Assembly (NCBI RefSeq): GCF_006345805.1
Contig: NC_043024.1
Coordinates: 12,524,001 to 12,588,000, forward strand
From: Octopus sinensis
Taxonomy: Eukaryota
DNA: 64,000 nucleotides
Direction: 5' to 3'
The translations under genes and the position numbers were made by a program. Positions 36,672 to 50,752 of the stretch are shown here, in pieces; positions within the stretch are counted from its first letter, which is position 1; the number at the start of each line of letters is the position of its first letter. The notes beneath the pieces are model-generated. The model did no database searches, was not told the DNA's origin, and saw nothing but the letters and a program-made list of their open reading frames with translations.

Positions 36672-38429
36672 TTTCAAATATAGGCGCAATGCCAGCATTT
36701 TTGAGGTAGAGGCTAAATTAAGTTAATCGACTTATGTGTGTATGCATGCATGTATATAGGCATGTACGTATACGCATGCGTGTGTGAGCTCTATACATGA
36801 AAGTGTGGATGTATGCATGTAGAAAAGTTCCTCAGACTGCCAGTGAACCATGTTCTACGACTGTAGCACCACATTCAATAGTTTTCATGGAATTGGCGGA
36901 GTCTGGAAAAATGCTGTTAAAGTTGAAAGCTGCTTCAGTGGAAAGTTGCAGCGTTGGTGCAAAGTGCACCGGCTGCCGTGGCTGTATGTGCACTAGTTGC
37001 AGCCGTGGCAAGAACAGAAGAAGCTGCAGCAGGTACGTCATCGTCAGCGGTAGAAGAAGTAGCAGCAGCCGCAGCAGCAGCAGCAGCAGAAGGAGACGAA
37101 GCAGCTGGGCATAATTGATAAGTGTGTAGGTAATCGATAAGTTATCTAATCAATTCATGTCTATTTCTATTTATATACGCACATATATTTAGTGCCTTCA
37201 TGCATACATAGTGTCTTACATGTTCACACACACACACTCACACACACTTACGCACGTATGTATACACACATACATATGTATATACGTGTAATTTGTAGTG
37301 TATTTAAAAAACGAACAAGGTAAAAGAAAGCTAAAATCTTTATTTGTAGTGTAAACCTTTGAGAGTCTGGTGTGCTTGTAGGCGTATGGGCGCGTTCGCA
37401 TGTGTGTATATATGTATGGTGTATATATATATTTATATATATATATATAAGTACAAAGTGAGATAGGGGTTATTCTGTATTATTCTGTTGGATGTGGATG
37501 TTCCTATTTAATATAAATAATTAGTTGATAAATTATATGAATTGGTATTATCTGGAAGTTGATGATTGAAAGAAATCTATTCCTCCATTTTCTTATTTTG
37601 TATGTATCTATCTATCTTTCTATCTATCTTTCTATCTATATATATATCTGTACACGCACACACACACATACCTGTGCATGTGTGTGTTTGTGTGAATGCG
37701 TGTATATATTAATGTGTATACAGAAACAAATTTGTATACACAAATGGTTTTCTTGTGGTGGAGCACTTTTGTGTTAAGCTTGTAATATTCTTAGTCAAGG
37801 AGAAAAAGAATTGCCTGTGGCCCCTCTTGGGATCTTCGGGACTGGAATCGGAGACCTAACTTGTCGCAAAGTGAATTCTCATGAGCCGAGTGAACTGTTT
37901 TGTCTGCCACCTCAAGAAACTTACCGTAAAATTAGAACTCAGAACGTTAAAGGCCGGAAAATGTACAGTATGCGTTTTGTCCGATGTTTCACATTTCTAC
38001 TGTCTACCACTTTAAACGGGACGTTTATTTACGGCCCCAGGACTGATGAAATTCCGTACTGAGCTCCATAAGATCTGAACTTAGAGCGTAAGGTACTCGA
38101 ATAAAAACTAACTGTGCCAAATCATAACCAAAAATGGTTTGTGTGTAATAAGATCTGTGGTAAAATTGTAGCTGATGTGATGGAAGCAGTGTAAGAATCG
38201 TAGTTGCGGTTGTGGTAGATCAGGGGTGGATCACTAGTTGAGATTACAGAGGTAGTATGGTAGCGAACAATGTCTTGGGAATTACTAGTCGTTGTTCATG
38301 TATTGGGATTAGCAGTGTTCTGCTGCTTGCCGTGACCTTCACTAGGAACGGTCAGAGTTGGATCTTTTCCTGCAGGTGACGGAGTGAGACTTACAGACAG
38401 CAGTCATGTATGTCTTTTCCTGTAACTTG

Positions 38430-39060
38430 GACTAAACATCTTTGAGGGATTTTATTGTCAGTCGTCTGGATTACTGCTCCCAACTGTGGTCTTCGCTGAA
38501 GTCGTGGAACTTGAGGCAATTCAGCGCCACCACACAAAGAAGATTGACTTGGCGAAACAGACGAGTTACTGGGAGAGGCTATAAGAACTGAAGCTCTACT
38601 CCCGGGAGAGAAGGCGAAGAGGATATGCAATGATATACATATGGAAGATCCTGGAAGGTCTAACTCTCAACTTTGTAATTAAAAGCGATACGAACCACCG
38701 AACTGGACAGCACAGCATAGTACCAAAGATCCAGTCTTCTTCATGTTGGATAAGGACCCAGTACTACAATAACTTCGGTTTCAAGAGGACACAACTGTTT
38801 GGCATCCTGCCAAACGACCTCAGAGTTTTGCGAAATGTAGATGTGGAAATGTTCAAAAAACACCTGGAGAAATTTCTATCTGAATTTCCAGATGAATCCA
38901 CGACAGGAAGCAGAAAGAAGAACAACAGCTCCGTCTAACTCACTTCTTCATTAAAAACAGAAGAGAAAGGAGACCCCAAAACACTGAAAGGCATGGCGGT
39001 GCTCCAGCGCGGCCCTGGCCCCTGACTGAAACCAGCAAAAGAATAAAAGAAATTAAAGAA
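38430..39060 (+). mobile_element. 5'-truncated, diverged CR1-type LINE related to the 27.4-30.6 kb element
   Basis: SRLDYCSQLWS..YWERL..RERRR..MIYIWKILEGL..NFVIKS..RTG..VPKI..QLFGILP.DLR..FPDE. 3' end GGCGGTGCTCCAGC..TGACTGAAACC..AAAAGAATAAAAGAA. Confidence 0.88.
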
Positions 39061-39099
39061 TATATACGCACATAGATATAGAATGTATATGTGAGTGTG

Positions 39100-39280
39100 T
39101 ATACATCTGTCTGTCTGCCTGCCTGCCTGCCTACCTACCTACCTACCTACCTGTCTGTATGTATGTCTGTCTGACTGCCTGCCTACCTACCTGCCTGTCT
39201 GCCTGCCTGCCTGCCTGCCTGCCTGTCTACCTATCTATCTACCTACATACCTACCTATCTATCTACCTGTCTGTCTTTCT
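39100..39280. repeat. (CCTG/CCTA/TCTG)n tetranucleotide repeat
   Basis: Seen directly. Confidence 0.9.
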
Positions 39281-39763
39281 ATTAATATATGCACGCATTG
39301 TTAAGTAGCTGTTATCTGTTCCATGTTCCCTGCATTAAATACGTTAACACTAAATTTAACTTATTCTCATTAAGCCTCTTCCAACGTCTCCGCCAACCAT
39401 TTCTGGTTCCATTCTCTGCCTGACGACATCATAAAAAGCTGCAGCGTTTGCTCGTTTGTTTTCTTGTGATTTCTTCTGCTCATTTTGGCATCGATAATTG
39501 CTTAGTTATTGAGCCCAATGCCTACAGCCATCGACTTCTCAACTCATAAACTGAGAACAAACACGAAAATTAACTCCACGCCAGTCCTCTCCAAGAAAGA
39601 GAAACAATGTAGAAAACGCATTTGGCTTCTTAGTATTTCTGAAGAAGAGAATAACGACGAACTATAAAGTGGTTTTGAATAAAATTTCAATTCGTTTTAG
39701 TCCAATCTTTTCTTGGTATACAACACACACACACACAAACATACATACACACACGCACGCACG

Positions 39764-39796
<33 letters not shown>

Positions 39797-39799
<3 letters not shown>

Positions 39800-40130
39800 C
39801 GCAGGAGTGGTTGTGTGGTAGGTAGCTTGCTTACCAACCATATGGTTCCGGGTTCAGTCCCACTGCGTGGCACCCTGGGCAAGGTTTTTCTACTATAGCC
39901 TCGGGCCGACCAAAGCCTTGTGAGTGGATTTGGTAGATGGAAACTAAAAGAAGCCCATCGTATATGTGTGTGTGTGTGTTGCCGTGTTTACGTCCCCGTA
40001 ACTTAGCGGTTCGGCAAAAAAGACCGATAGAATAACACCTGGGGTCGATTTGTTCGACTAAAGGCTGTACTCCAGTATGGCCGCAGTCAAATGACTGTAA
40101 CAAGTGAAAGAATATAAGAAAAAAAAGAAT
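39797..40130 (+). mobile_element. SINE family 1, full length
   Basis: AGGCGCAGGAGTGGTTGTGTGGTAGG head to CAGTATGGCCGCAGTCAAATGACTG tail. Confidence 0.9.
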
Positions 40131-40231
40131 ATATATATGTGTGTGTGTGTGTGTGTGTTGCATGTATGTTAATCTAAATGTCTTTTAAAATTCAAATACA
40201 AAACAAACATAAACAGCTGCATATGTATATA

Positions 40232-40423
40232 GTTGGGACTCCGTCGGTTGCGACGACGAGGGTCCCAGCCGATCCGATCAACGGAACGACCTGCACGTGA
40301 AATTAACATGCAAGTGGTTGAGTACTCCGCAGACACGCGTACCCTTAATGTAGTTCTCAGAATGTAACAAGGCTGGTCCCTTTGAAATACAGGTACTACT
40401 TATTTTTGCCAGCTGAGTGGACT
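40232..40423 (-). mobile_element. SINE family 3, 3' half
   Basis: Reverse complement of the 50.9-51.1 kb 3' region (CTCCGTCGGTTGCGACGACGAGGG..CCGATCAACGGAAC..GTGAAATTAAC). Confidence 0.75.
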
Positions 40424-40569
40424 GTGTGGTACGAAGCTTGCTTCCCAGCGACATAGTTTCATGTTGAATCCCACTGCGTGGCCCCTTGGGCAGTGTCTTC
40501 TATTATAGAACCGGGTTGACCAAAGCCTTTTGAATGGATTTAGTAGAAAGAAAGTGAAAGAAGCCTGTC

Positions 40570-40623
<54 letters not shown>

Positions 40624-40752
40624 TTCACAACTGCTTGATAACCGGTGTTGGTGTGTTTACGCCCCCTAACTTGGTGGTTTTGGCCAAAGAGACCGACAAA
40701 ATAAAGTACTGAGGTCGATTTATTTGACTAAAAATTCTTCAAAGCGATGCCT
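40415..40752 (+). mobile_element. SINE family 1, diverged
   Basis: CCCACTGCGTGGCCCCTTGGGCAGTGTCTTCTATTATAG..GACCAAAGCC..GAGACCGAC.AAATAAAGTACTGAGGTCGATT. Confidence 0.78.
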
Positions 40753-40990
40753 TAGAAAATATATTTTGAAGTCTTAGAGGAGAAATCGGAATTTAAATGT
40801 GATACAAAAATTTCTACAAGTTGTTAAAATTAATAGTTTACTATTTTATGAGTCATCTAGAATAGGGGCCTGGCCCTTCTCGATACGTAGCATCGCCAGT
40901 GTCGGGGTGAGAATAGAAAAACAGAGAGAGATCGAGAGTGGGGGAGTAATAGATCCCTGTTATTTTATTGTCCCTACAAAGATTAATTAA

Positions 40991-41324
40991 AGGCACATGG
41001 TTCAGGGATTAGAGCGTCAGGTTCACAATTATGATGTTGTGAGTTCGATTCCTGGACCGGCTGTGTCATGTTCTTAAGCAAGACACTTCATTTCACGTTG
41101 CTCCAGTTCACCCAGCTGTAGAAATGAGTTACAGCGTCACTAGTACCAAGCTGTATCGGCCCCTTTGCCCTTTTCTTGGATAACATCAGTGGCATGGAGA
41201 CAGAGAAGCTGGTATGCATGGGCGATTGCTGGTCTTCCATAAAGAACCTTGCCCCGACTTGAGCCTCGGAGGAGAACTTTCTAGGTGCAATCCCATGGTC
41301 ATTCATGACCGAAGGGTGTATCTT
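40991..41324 (+). mobile_element. tRNA-derived SINE family 4
   Basis: Head GGCACATGGTTCAGGG.TTAGAGCG..GAGTTCGATTCCTGGACC, then TTCTTAAGCAAGACACTTCATTTCACGTTGCTCCAGTTCAC. 3' part differs from families 1-3. Confidence 0.65.
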
Positions 41325-41759
41325 AGAAAGATGAAAGGAAAATTTGATCTCTGTGGGATTTGAACTCACAGTACAAACAACCAGAATACCGCAACACAAT
41401 CTGGCTAACGCTCTACCGATTCTGCCAGTTGGCACTGACTTAATTCGGTTAATTCCACCGCCACCCTCTCAGCACAAAACCACTTTTATGCGCTTCGTTA
41501 ATAAATTTATTTTCGATGTTTTTAGAAATATTTCTAATTTTATCAGAAAAATCTCAACATTGTTGTTCTAAGCTAATTGCTCTCTTTCAGGATTTGAAGC
41601 AAAAGTTTTCTGTTTTTTGTTAGTTTTATTTTCACAGAGAGGGCGTCTCTCTGAAATTCTTTTAATTCTTTAATCAGAAGAAAGTGATGGGGAGAGACTA
41701 ATCTAAGATCTAAGATCCAAATTCATTGTCTTTAAGTCGGTGTTAACATTTTCGACAAC

Positions 41760-41852
<93 letters not shown>

Positions 41853-41870
41853 AAGAGAGAGTGAAAGAGA
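41760..41870. repeat. (GA)n/(GT)n microsatellite
   Basis: Seen directly. Confidence 0.92.
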
Positions 41871-42302
41871 GAGTTCCTACTATTCACCTAAATTCTATAA
41901 AATTCTTTTACTTTTCTAATAAAATGTGGTTGCCCTTGTTTTCCTTATTATTATAATTTAGTCAATCCTAATCAAGCAGATTTATGATCGAAGGCAATCT
42001 CGCCGTGACTACTTCGTCATTATCTTATGTGTCTTTACCTTTTTAACCTTGTAGGATGTGATAAAGGGAATTTGGTTGCTATTTCTAGCAGAGTTGGTGA
42101 CCACATAAAGACTCCCTACGGTTTGATTTGATGTTTATTTTTTTGCAGCTTTATTTTTGAAACTAAACAACAGTTGTGTGGTTTTCGTTTCATTAAAACT
42201 TTCTCCAATTCCTCTTCTCACAGACATAGAAAGGTAATATTTTCAAACTGCTTTTTTTTAAAGTTAGCAGAAGGTGAGTCAAGGAAGATTTGGCTGCCGT
42301 TG

Positions 42303-42426
42303 TCTGTAAATATAATACGTGACAATTATTCGGTAGCCATGATAAAACTCCTAGTTCCCACCACGACATCCGAAACTCGGAGTTTAAGATGGCTACCGAA
42401 TAATTGTCACATATTATATTTACAGA
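42303..42426. mobile_element. 124-bp MITE with about 48-bp TIRs
   Basis: TCTGTAAATATAATACGTGACAATTATTCGGTAGCCATGATAAAACTCC is inverted at 42379-42426. Single-TIR relatives at about 2556-2606 and 11675-11722. Confidence 0.85.
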
Positions 42427-45164
42427 TATATATATATATATATATATATGTGTGTTGCTGTGCGTATGTAACAGCAACAATAAGGAAAGATCTGCACACA
42501 TTCTTGGTATTCTCAACTACCTGACGTACCTGGCAATTCCCAGGAAATCTGGGTTTATCCATCGGTTCCGTTGTCATAATTGTTTGGATCTATTGTTTAG
42601 GAAAATACTATTTACTTGTTCAAGAGTCGTAGTGGATACATTTTGAAAATAACTCTAACAGTTCAAATACTAAGAAATAAGCATACTCAATTTAATTTTT
42701 ACCAAATAATTTAGGAAAATGAATGGGTTATTTCCCTTGGCTACATATAAGGATCCCTTCCATGGGTTATTTCCTTTGGTTTTTAAAATAAAATATATTA
42801 GATATATATATAAGGATCCCTTTCTGGGGCCCTATTACTGATTTTTTTCAATAATCTGCCATGAGGTTTCCAGACATGAATTCTACTCAGGTGTTAAGCT
42901 TCATCAAAATCGATAAAATGGTGTAGGAGGAGTTAACTAACAACTCCACAAATACACCCCACATACAGAATTTCCCACATATGTCGTAGATAAATACGTA
43001 TAGGGCTTAACAGCGAAAAACTGAGACAAAAACAAACAAAAAAAACAAATAAATATACAAAATTCAATTCCAGATGTCACTAAATTGCAAAATAACTAAT
43101 AGTACACACACAAACGTGCGCGCGCATACACGCCATCGGAAGTCATCAATAGTTTGAACCACCAGCTGTTTCCTAAAACAAATATAAATTATTCAAATTG
43201 TATACTTTTCCCTGTGGTTTGTAACCAAACACGTGTGTATGTGTGTGTTTGTATGAATATATATATATGCACGCAGCATTTATGTGTATGTGTGTGTGTG
43301 TGCACAGATTTAGGTATATCTGTATATCAATCTATCATCATTATTATAATTACTATTATTACTATTATTATTATTACATGCAATAACAATGACAGAATAG
43401 AAACATACATGCGTGTGTGTATGTGTGTGTGTGTCCATGCATCTGTGTGTGTGTGTGTGTATAAGTGAGACGAGTTGATTTCCTATTATATTTCTAATTA
43501 TCTTCCTGATTGACGCAGCATTTTTTTCTCTGCTTGACAGTCACAGATATCCACTGACAGGTTACATATAATACTTTAACAATGTATTCTGTTCTTTATA
43601 GAGTTGTACACAAACAAAAAGGCATTTCCTCACAAATTACTCTTGAAATTTGTATGGAGTTTTGCAGTTTTGGGTTTCAATTAGTGGACTCTGATCACCA
43701 GGGTGTTTGACAGCAATAAAATGACTCTAGGTGTGTTGATCAGAAAACGTTGGCTGTTGTCTGTCAGGTACGATAAGGGAACTTCTTTGAAATTATTAAG
43801 GATAAATTTGATCTTGTGGATGCAAGTTCTTTAATCTGTTTCGGTCATTGGACTGCAGCCATGTTAGGGCACCACCCTGAAGAGTTTTAGTCAAACAAAT
43901 CGACCCCAATACTTATATTTTGAAAAAAAAATGCTCAATAACGATGTCTGTATCTAAAGGGATAACATGAATAAATACCTGCCGAACTTCGCATTTCTGA
44001 GTAGACTTAATACCCTCGTTGCTAATCATCTACCCATCCCCCTTATTCAGAGTCACCCGTAGAGCATCCCTAGGTTGATGACGTGGTTATGTTTTATGAT
44101 GTCGATATTTTCAACAAACCGTTATTCTTTCTTATCACTTCTTGGTTTTATTATAATTAGACTTAGTTGAAGACATAAAAAGAAACGGATTTCTTATTTA
44201 ATAGGTCACAGTCACATGTCAGAGATCACAGACCAAAGATTTTTTTTTTCGGGCGGTTGATTTTCTATTTCTGTTTTAAATAAAAACTTAATTAAAGATG
44301 ACACTTCTTCCAGACTATTGTCGTTGCTGCTTTTGTTTAGCTGAAGGTTGCCACGACTGAGACTGACGATTAAAGACTTATGATTAAAGACATTCCAAAT
44401 ATAATCATCCCGTGATTATATTAGGCATAGTCTATATAGGACTACATCATTCAATGTGTGCCTCTTTCTTAAACACTGCAGAGACTGATTTGATAGGATT
44501 TTGTTTGGTTTTTTATTTGAAGGTCGAACGGCCAAGCTGTGACTTTCTCGGTCGTTCTTGGCGTTGTTGCTGTTGTTGTTATTGCTGCTACTGTTTGATT
44601 CTTGGTCAAACCTAAATCAGCAGACTTATGTTGAAATGTGTTTCAAGCCATTCCTCTAATCTTTTATTCAACATTATCTACTTAGAACGAAAATTATTTT
44701 GTCGCAGTCAACCAGAGGAAACTAATGTTTTGTAAATGGTCAACTTATAAAAAAACCATGCAACTTACTAAATAATTGAAACCGAATTAAGACCGATGTC
44801 AGCTTCTTCGAACTCAGTTTTTTACGCCATTTAATTCGTTCTGGCTTTTCGGTGCATTTGATTCTCAACTTTCCAGCCAACATTATTTGGACAAACACCG
44901 TATAAATATTAATTTGTAGACAGTTATACAGTATGTAGAGTTTGACTGTATAGACTATGTTGTCTACCTCCTCACTCAAAATATATATTCTGTGTCGAAG
45001 CATAGAGTCAACATCAACGTGCTATGAAGTCAATATCTATACAATGTTTCTCTATCCGGTCAATAATTACACACTGTGTCTGTCGCTCCATTTAACGTCT
45101 CCATATATAGACAACATCTGCATAATGTGTCTAATTAGCGTATACACACCGTGTTTATCTATTT

Positions 45165-45447
45165 AGTTCAACAGAACAGCCAGCTTTTGAAATTAACATG
45201 CAAGTTGTTGAATACTTCACAGACACGTTTAATCTTCACGTAGTTCTCGGGGAGATTCAGTGTGACTCGGAATATAGCAATTCTGGCCCTTTCGAATACT
45301 GCTAGTACTAATTTTTGCCAGCTGGGTGTGGACTGGAGCAACGGGAAATAGAGAGTCTCGCTCAAGGATATAACGTGTCACCGAGAATCGAACCCACGAC
45401 CTAACGATCGTGAGTCGAATACCTCAACCATTAAGTGACGTGCCTTC
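45165..45447 (-). mobile_element. SINE related to family 3, diverged
   Basis: TGAAATTAACATGCAAGT..CAGACACG..GTAGTTCTCGGGGA body plus tRNA-like head (GAATCGAACCCACGACC..CGATCGTGAGTCG). Confidence 0.7.
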
Positions 45448-48158
45448 ACCACACAAGATGTTTATCCAGTCAACAAGTTATGGTTGATAGATGAGACTGT
45501 CACTATTCACACAACATCTTCACACATCTATTCTTAACTTCTTTGTGTCTTTTCGATAAAGAAACGCCTTCATTCTCCAAAAACCCGAATCTTACATGCT
45601 GTTCTTGTCTCAGAAGTTCAACAAACAACAAACAAAATAATTATTTATCTGTCTATAATTCTCAAGTATGAATTGGGGACATTTAATGCAATATCATCCA
45701 CAAGAATCGAATATTTATCAATTGTATTTGAAAATTGCATTGTAAATTTGTTAAATATAAAAATGTGTGAAAAAGCAAAATATTTTATTCTTGGTGGGCA
45801 GGAATTATTATTATTTCTTTTTTGAATATATTTTTTATATTTATATTTTTGGTATAAAAAAATACATTTGTGAAAAAAGAAACTTGGAAACAAATGATTT
45901 ATTTAATTTTTTAAAGAATAATTTTTGATGTTTTTTTTCCGAAATGTTTCTTTCTCAAAGAGATTTTCTTCATCTCAGAAAAAAAAAAATAAATACAGAA
46001 AAGGAAAAAGAAAAGAAAGAAAAAGAAGCAATTCATTTCCTCCTCATTCTTTCCTTTTTCTTTCTGTAAAGTTTATGAATTTTGCCTCTGCTGAGTTCAT
46101 TTTCTCGCTAAATATCTGATTTTAAACAGGAATGACACGTAAAATGATAGATGAAATTATACCGAAAGATTGTCAAGTCCAAAGACGTAATTTCTAGCAA
46201 GAAAATTGGCCGCTAAAATCTTTTCTTTTTATTATCTAAAGAAATAAAGAAGTAAATAAAAAAAACAAAAAAAAAAAAAACATAAGCAATTGACGGGGTG
46301 GGGTTGGGGTTGGGTGATATTCGTGGCACAAAAAAATAAATAAAAATAAATGATGTATTTATGTTTGTTAGAATTTTGGCAATATTCTTTCCACTTGAAA
46401 AAGTGTTTTTTATCACAAAAATCAATAAAAATATAAATAAAAGTGAAATTGAAGGTAAAACAACAACAAAAAAATGAAATGATAGACGTTGGTCTCTATT
46501 TAGTGGTTTACGGTACGTCTCTAGGTTCTGTGTTCAAATCCAACTGCCGGATAGACTATATTATTTTTTTTTTAGTGGCGACAGAAGAAGTGGAGGTCGA
46601 ACCGGTCAGTCAGCTACGGGGGTGGGGTGGGGGGTGGAGGTGATTAAATAAAGTCTCCCAGAAGAACGGCTGAGTTATTCCATTTAATCGACTACAAACT
46701 CCATTCTCTTCTCAGAATTTATTATACATTGTTGCCAAAATTTCGATATTAGAATCAGTATTTAGCTTCGACCGTTTACATTCCGTGATTATAATAACCG
46801 AAACGGACTTCGTTTTTGCGTTTTACTTTTATCGTCCCAGCAAGGAGATGGAGTTTTTGAAAGTGGTCGGAGTGGGTCCCTAAAATAAAATTAAAAAAAA
46901 CATTCAGGTAGAGAACAAAGATGGGTTTGAATTATTAATATTCTCCATACTTTTCCTCAACACACATCGAAATTTGGAATTTCGTGTCTAGGTTAGAATT
47001 CAAAAATCAGTATTCAGTTTCGTCACTTTAATATTCTATGCTCAGACCTCACCCGGGTAGATGAAATGTTTATATGAAAATGAAAAAAATAAAAAAAAAC
47101 AAACAAAAATGTCATCAGTCATGTTCGTTTAATCCGGGGAGTGGTGGAATTTCTGAGAATGGACCCTAATAAGGCGAACCACATAGATAATTTTCTACAC
47201 CAAACTCTCTCAAACAATGAGATCAAGATTTTGAGCAAGGCATTATAAAGTAGATATGCATAATCCTGAACAGATCTGTTGGCAAAATTCAATTAATGCG
47301 ACGCATAATCGAAAGAGTGAGTAAAGAAATGGGCAGGTTTCCTTATTCTCATAAACTTTGATCAATCAAAAACCTTCGATTAGGTCGTCCATCAATATTT
47401 GACAGCTGCCCTAACTGCTTCTGGTTTCGACTCCTTTCCCAGGGTTTCGATCACTGCAATGTACGACCTATCGGATCCGTTCAATATCAGGCGTTCGCCC
47501 GGTCAAGGTTGTCCTTTTTTTGTTTCTTCTGTATGTACGGACATTCGGGCCACTGCTGAGGAATCTAGAGACTTTGAGGGGCACCTCACGCGAAGTGCGA
47601 AAGATCTGTGTCAGTACACGTAGACAACATCACCATAATAGAGTCTGATGCAGTGACGATTTCAAATTCATCAGCAAAATTTGGTGGGCCTGCAGCTAGG
47701 TAGATCCATGCTATCGAAAAGAATCGTGGGGTCGTGGGCAGACGGATCGGTTAAATTGCTTGGGGTCTGATTTGGTCCAAATCTTCTGGTGTGCAACAAA
47801 TGGGACAAGGTGACGGGCAAGGCGGCCAATGTCATCCAGAAATGGCTCGAGAGTCCGTTATCCTTGAAAGTAGGGGCAAAGGTGGCGAATGCTTGCGCTG
47901 CCTCCTCCATTTAATTTCGCCAAACCTTCATGCTTTAACCCCGTTCACGTTTGGTCAATCTGCTCTTTCGCTTTCTGTGAAAGTAACTCGTTCCAATGGT
48001 CAGCACTTTTGGATTTGGAGGACAGTTTGAGAAGGGCCTCAGTGGTCAAAATAACCCTCTTTTAGTGGGGTTTCCACGGGTAGCCCTCAGAGGCCACAGC
48101 CTTTGTGCAGATATTTTCTTTCTTTGAATATTTTTTTATCTTTGTTACTTCCTCTGTT

Positions 48159-48217
<59 letters not shown>

Positions 48218-48333
48218 ATGTATGTATTACAATAATCTCACACCCTATCGTCCTGTAGTGACCTCAATGTATTTGTCAACTCCCGTGGTTAATAAATAAA
48301 TAATAATTTGTATTGCTTTTAAGGCAACGAATT

Positions 48334-48732
48334 CTTTTCTACTATAGGCACAAGGCCTGAAATTTGGTGGGAGAGGGCCAATCAATTAGATCGATTCCAG
48401 TACGCAACTGGTACTTAATTTATCGACCCCGTAAGGATGAAAGGTAAAGTCGACCTCGGCGGAATTTGAACTCAGAATGTAAAGACAGACGAAATACTTA
48501 TTTCTTTATTACCCACAAGGGGCTAAACACAGAGGGGACAAACAAAGACAGACATAAGTATTAAGTCGATTACATCGACCTCAGTGCGTAACTGGTACTT
48601 AATTTATCGATCCCGAAAGGATGAAAGGCAAAGTCGACCTCGGCGGAATATGAACTCAGAACGTAAAGACAGACGAAATACTGCTAAGCATTTCGTCCAG
48701 CGTGCTAACGATTCTGCCAGCTAACCGCCTTA
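48334..48732 (-). mobile_element. Dimeric SINE family 2 (Meta/MESC-like core twice) with 15-bp TSD
   Basis: Two copies of GAAAGGATGAAAGG.AAAGTCGACCTCGGCGGAAT.TGAACTCAG. TTAAGGCAACGAATT occurs at 48319-48333 and 48733-48747. The Meta/MESC name is recalled from memory. Confidence 0.88.
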
Positions 48733-50752
48733 TTAAGGCAACGAATTGATAGAACTGTTAGTGCAACGAAGTAAACGTTTAGAAGCATTTCGTTTGGCTC
48801 ATTACATTCCGAGTTCAAATCCCTCCGATGTAAATGTAATAAAAAGGATTATTATTATTATTATTATTATTAGTTGTAGTAGAAGTAATATCATCATTAT
48901 AGTTGTTAAAGAGGCAAATTTTATATTACTTCAACTCCGTGTCACTTTGTATTGTTGTTACTTTTGTTCCTTCTTGTTATTCCACTTTCCTCCTCAACGA
49001 CTCCACCCCTCCCGTTAATACTCCTCATTCCCATACATTCTCTTCTTCCTTTCCTTCTCCCAAGCCACGCATCGTATTTGATGTTTTGTTGTTTTGTTGT
49101 GTCTGTAACAAAACTTGCAATAATTATTTTGTATCAAATTATTAGATTTGATTTTTCAGTCTTCATTTTGTGTAGAACCAAGCAATGAATTACTAGAAAG
49201 GGCTTGTCTTCTGTTCTTGTGTTCACGTAGTGCTCTCTTCCTCTGTTCTTGTGTTATTCTTCTTTTCTTGTGTTCTCGCTTCCTGCGATTGTTTTGTATC
49301 AAATTATTATTTCATATTTTGATTCGGTTTTGTTTTGTGTATTTTGCAAGCAATGAATATTTAGAACGGCTCGCCTTGTATTCTTCTTGCTTCGAATGCA
49401 GCCGCAACCCCACCAGTTGGTCAGTACATTTAAGGTCCCCAAACAACCTATTATGTTACATAGTGTAATGATTAATGCTTTATTTAGTTACAACAAAACT
49501 TGGTCAGTATATAAAAGCTCGCCAAAAGAACCTATTATGTTACAGAACACTATAGAGTGTTATAGGAGAATATCGTATAATATAATATACGATACTATAG
49601 CAGATTCTTTGATGCTTTGTCTAGGTCTGCTTCGGGTATTTTTGATGTTAGTTTGCTACAGAATCATTTATTCTAAAATTACTAAAGTTGTTGTCCAGAA
49701 GATGGTCGACAAAGGTCGATAGAGGTCGCCCAATGTCACCCTGGAGAAGAAGGAAAAAAATTCTATGTATTAGCAAATAGTGGTGTCCTTTGTATTGACA
49801 AGTTTTTCATGCTTTTGAGGTGTTCGTTGGGGCGGGGAGGTTTCAATTAATACATGTCGTTTTAGTTGTTGTTGTCGTTGTTATTGTCGTCGTCGTCCTC
49901 ATCGTTGTATAACTCTCCGTCAGCTTTGATGAATTAGTCTTCTGATAACAGACATTCCAATAGCTATGACCAACCCGCCTTTCTTCTAAAATAACCCTTG
50001 ACCGTCGAAAGCTTTGTGAGTATAATACACAGGGTTTTCAATCGCAAAAGAGTTGAGGCCCGTGCAAGGTTTTTCTTTTTGGCGGAGGTCTAGCATTTGC
50101 CCCTCAGCACCAATCTTCTCCAAAGAAAAGGTTATCAGTTTGGTACCAGAATCATTAATAGTTGAGAACGCAATGAGTTGGAAGCGAAACCGCAATGCGT
50201 CTCGTCTGATTCTCTGCCGGTTCCTCTATTCTACAGTCGTCGGGGTGATACCTGTTTATTGACTCCTTCCCCCAAAGATGAATACAGAGAGTCGGAATAA
50301 ATACTGCAATGTATTCTCACGATGGGAAATTGCGAAGGAGGTTATGGCTGAGAGGGTGGTTCTTTGGCTGGAGTAGATTTCATTTGTGGACCGTTGTAAC
50401 AGAAACCCTAACCAAAGAATGTCTTTAGCAGGGTTTCCAAAACAACAAACATTCTAGCAAGGACTTCACTCTAATTATATCTTCCTTTCACTCTTTTTCT
50501 TTCTCCTTTCCCTCTCTCTTATTTCCTCCCCCTCGCTCTCTCTCTCACACACAATTTTGAGATCCCTGAAAAAAAGGGGCACGGATACTACTCTTTCTTC
50601 TCTAACGGAGGAATAAAAATGAATTCACTGAAGTCTTAGAAATATTTCTTACGACGCTTGGGACTGATCTGAGGGAAATTCTGCAGCTATTTCTTGCAAG
50701 TAGTGTCACTACGTAGAAACTCCTATGTTGGATGTAACTTAATATATCCAGT

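Noticed and set aside
36940-37112. Ala-rich open frames on both strands
   Set aside because: Explained by degenerate (GCA)n periodicity. Similar degenerate triplet tracts (38180-38330, 60760-60980) are clearly non-coding. A minus-strand terminal exon cannot be fully excluded.
47260-48100. GC-richer unique block with broken minus-strand frames, possibly an old retroelement ORF1
   Set aside because: No motif I can name; needs tBLASTx/HMM search.
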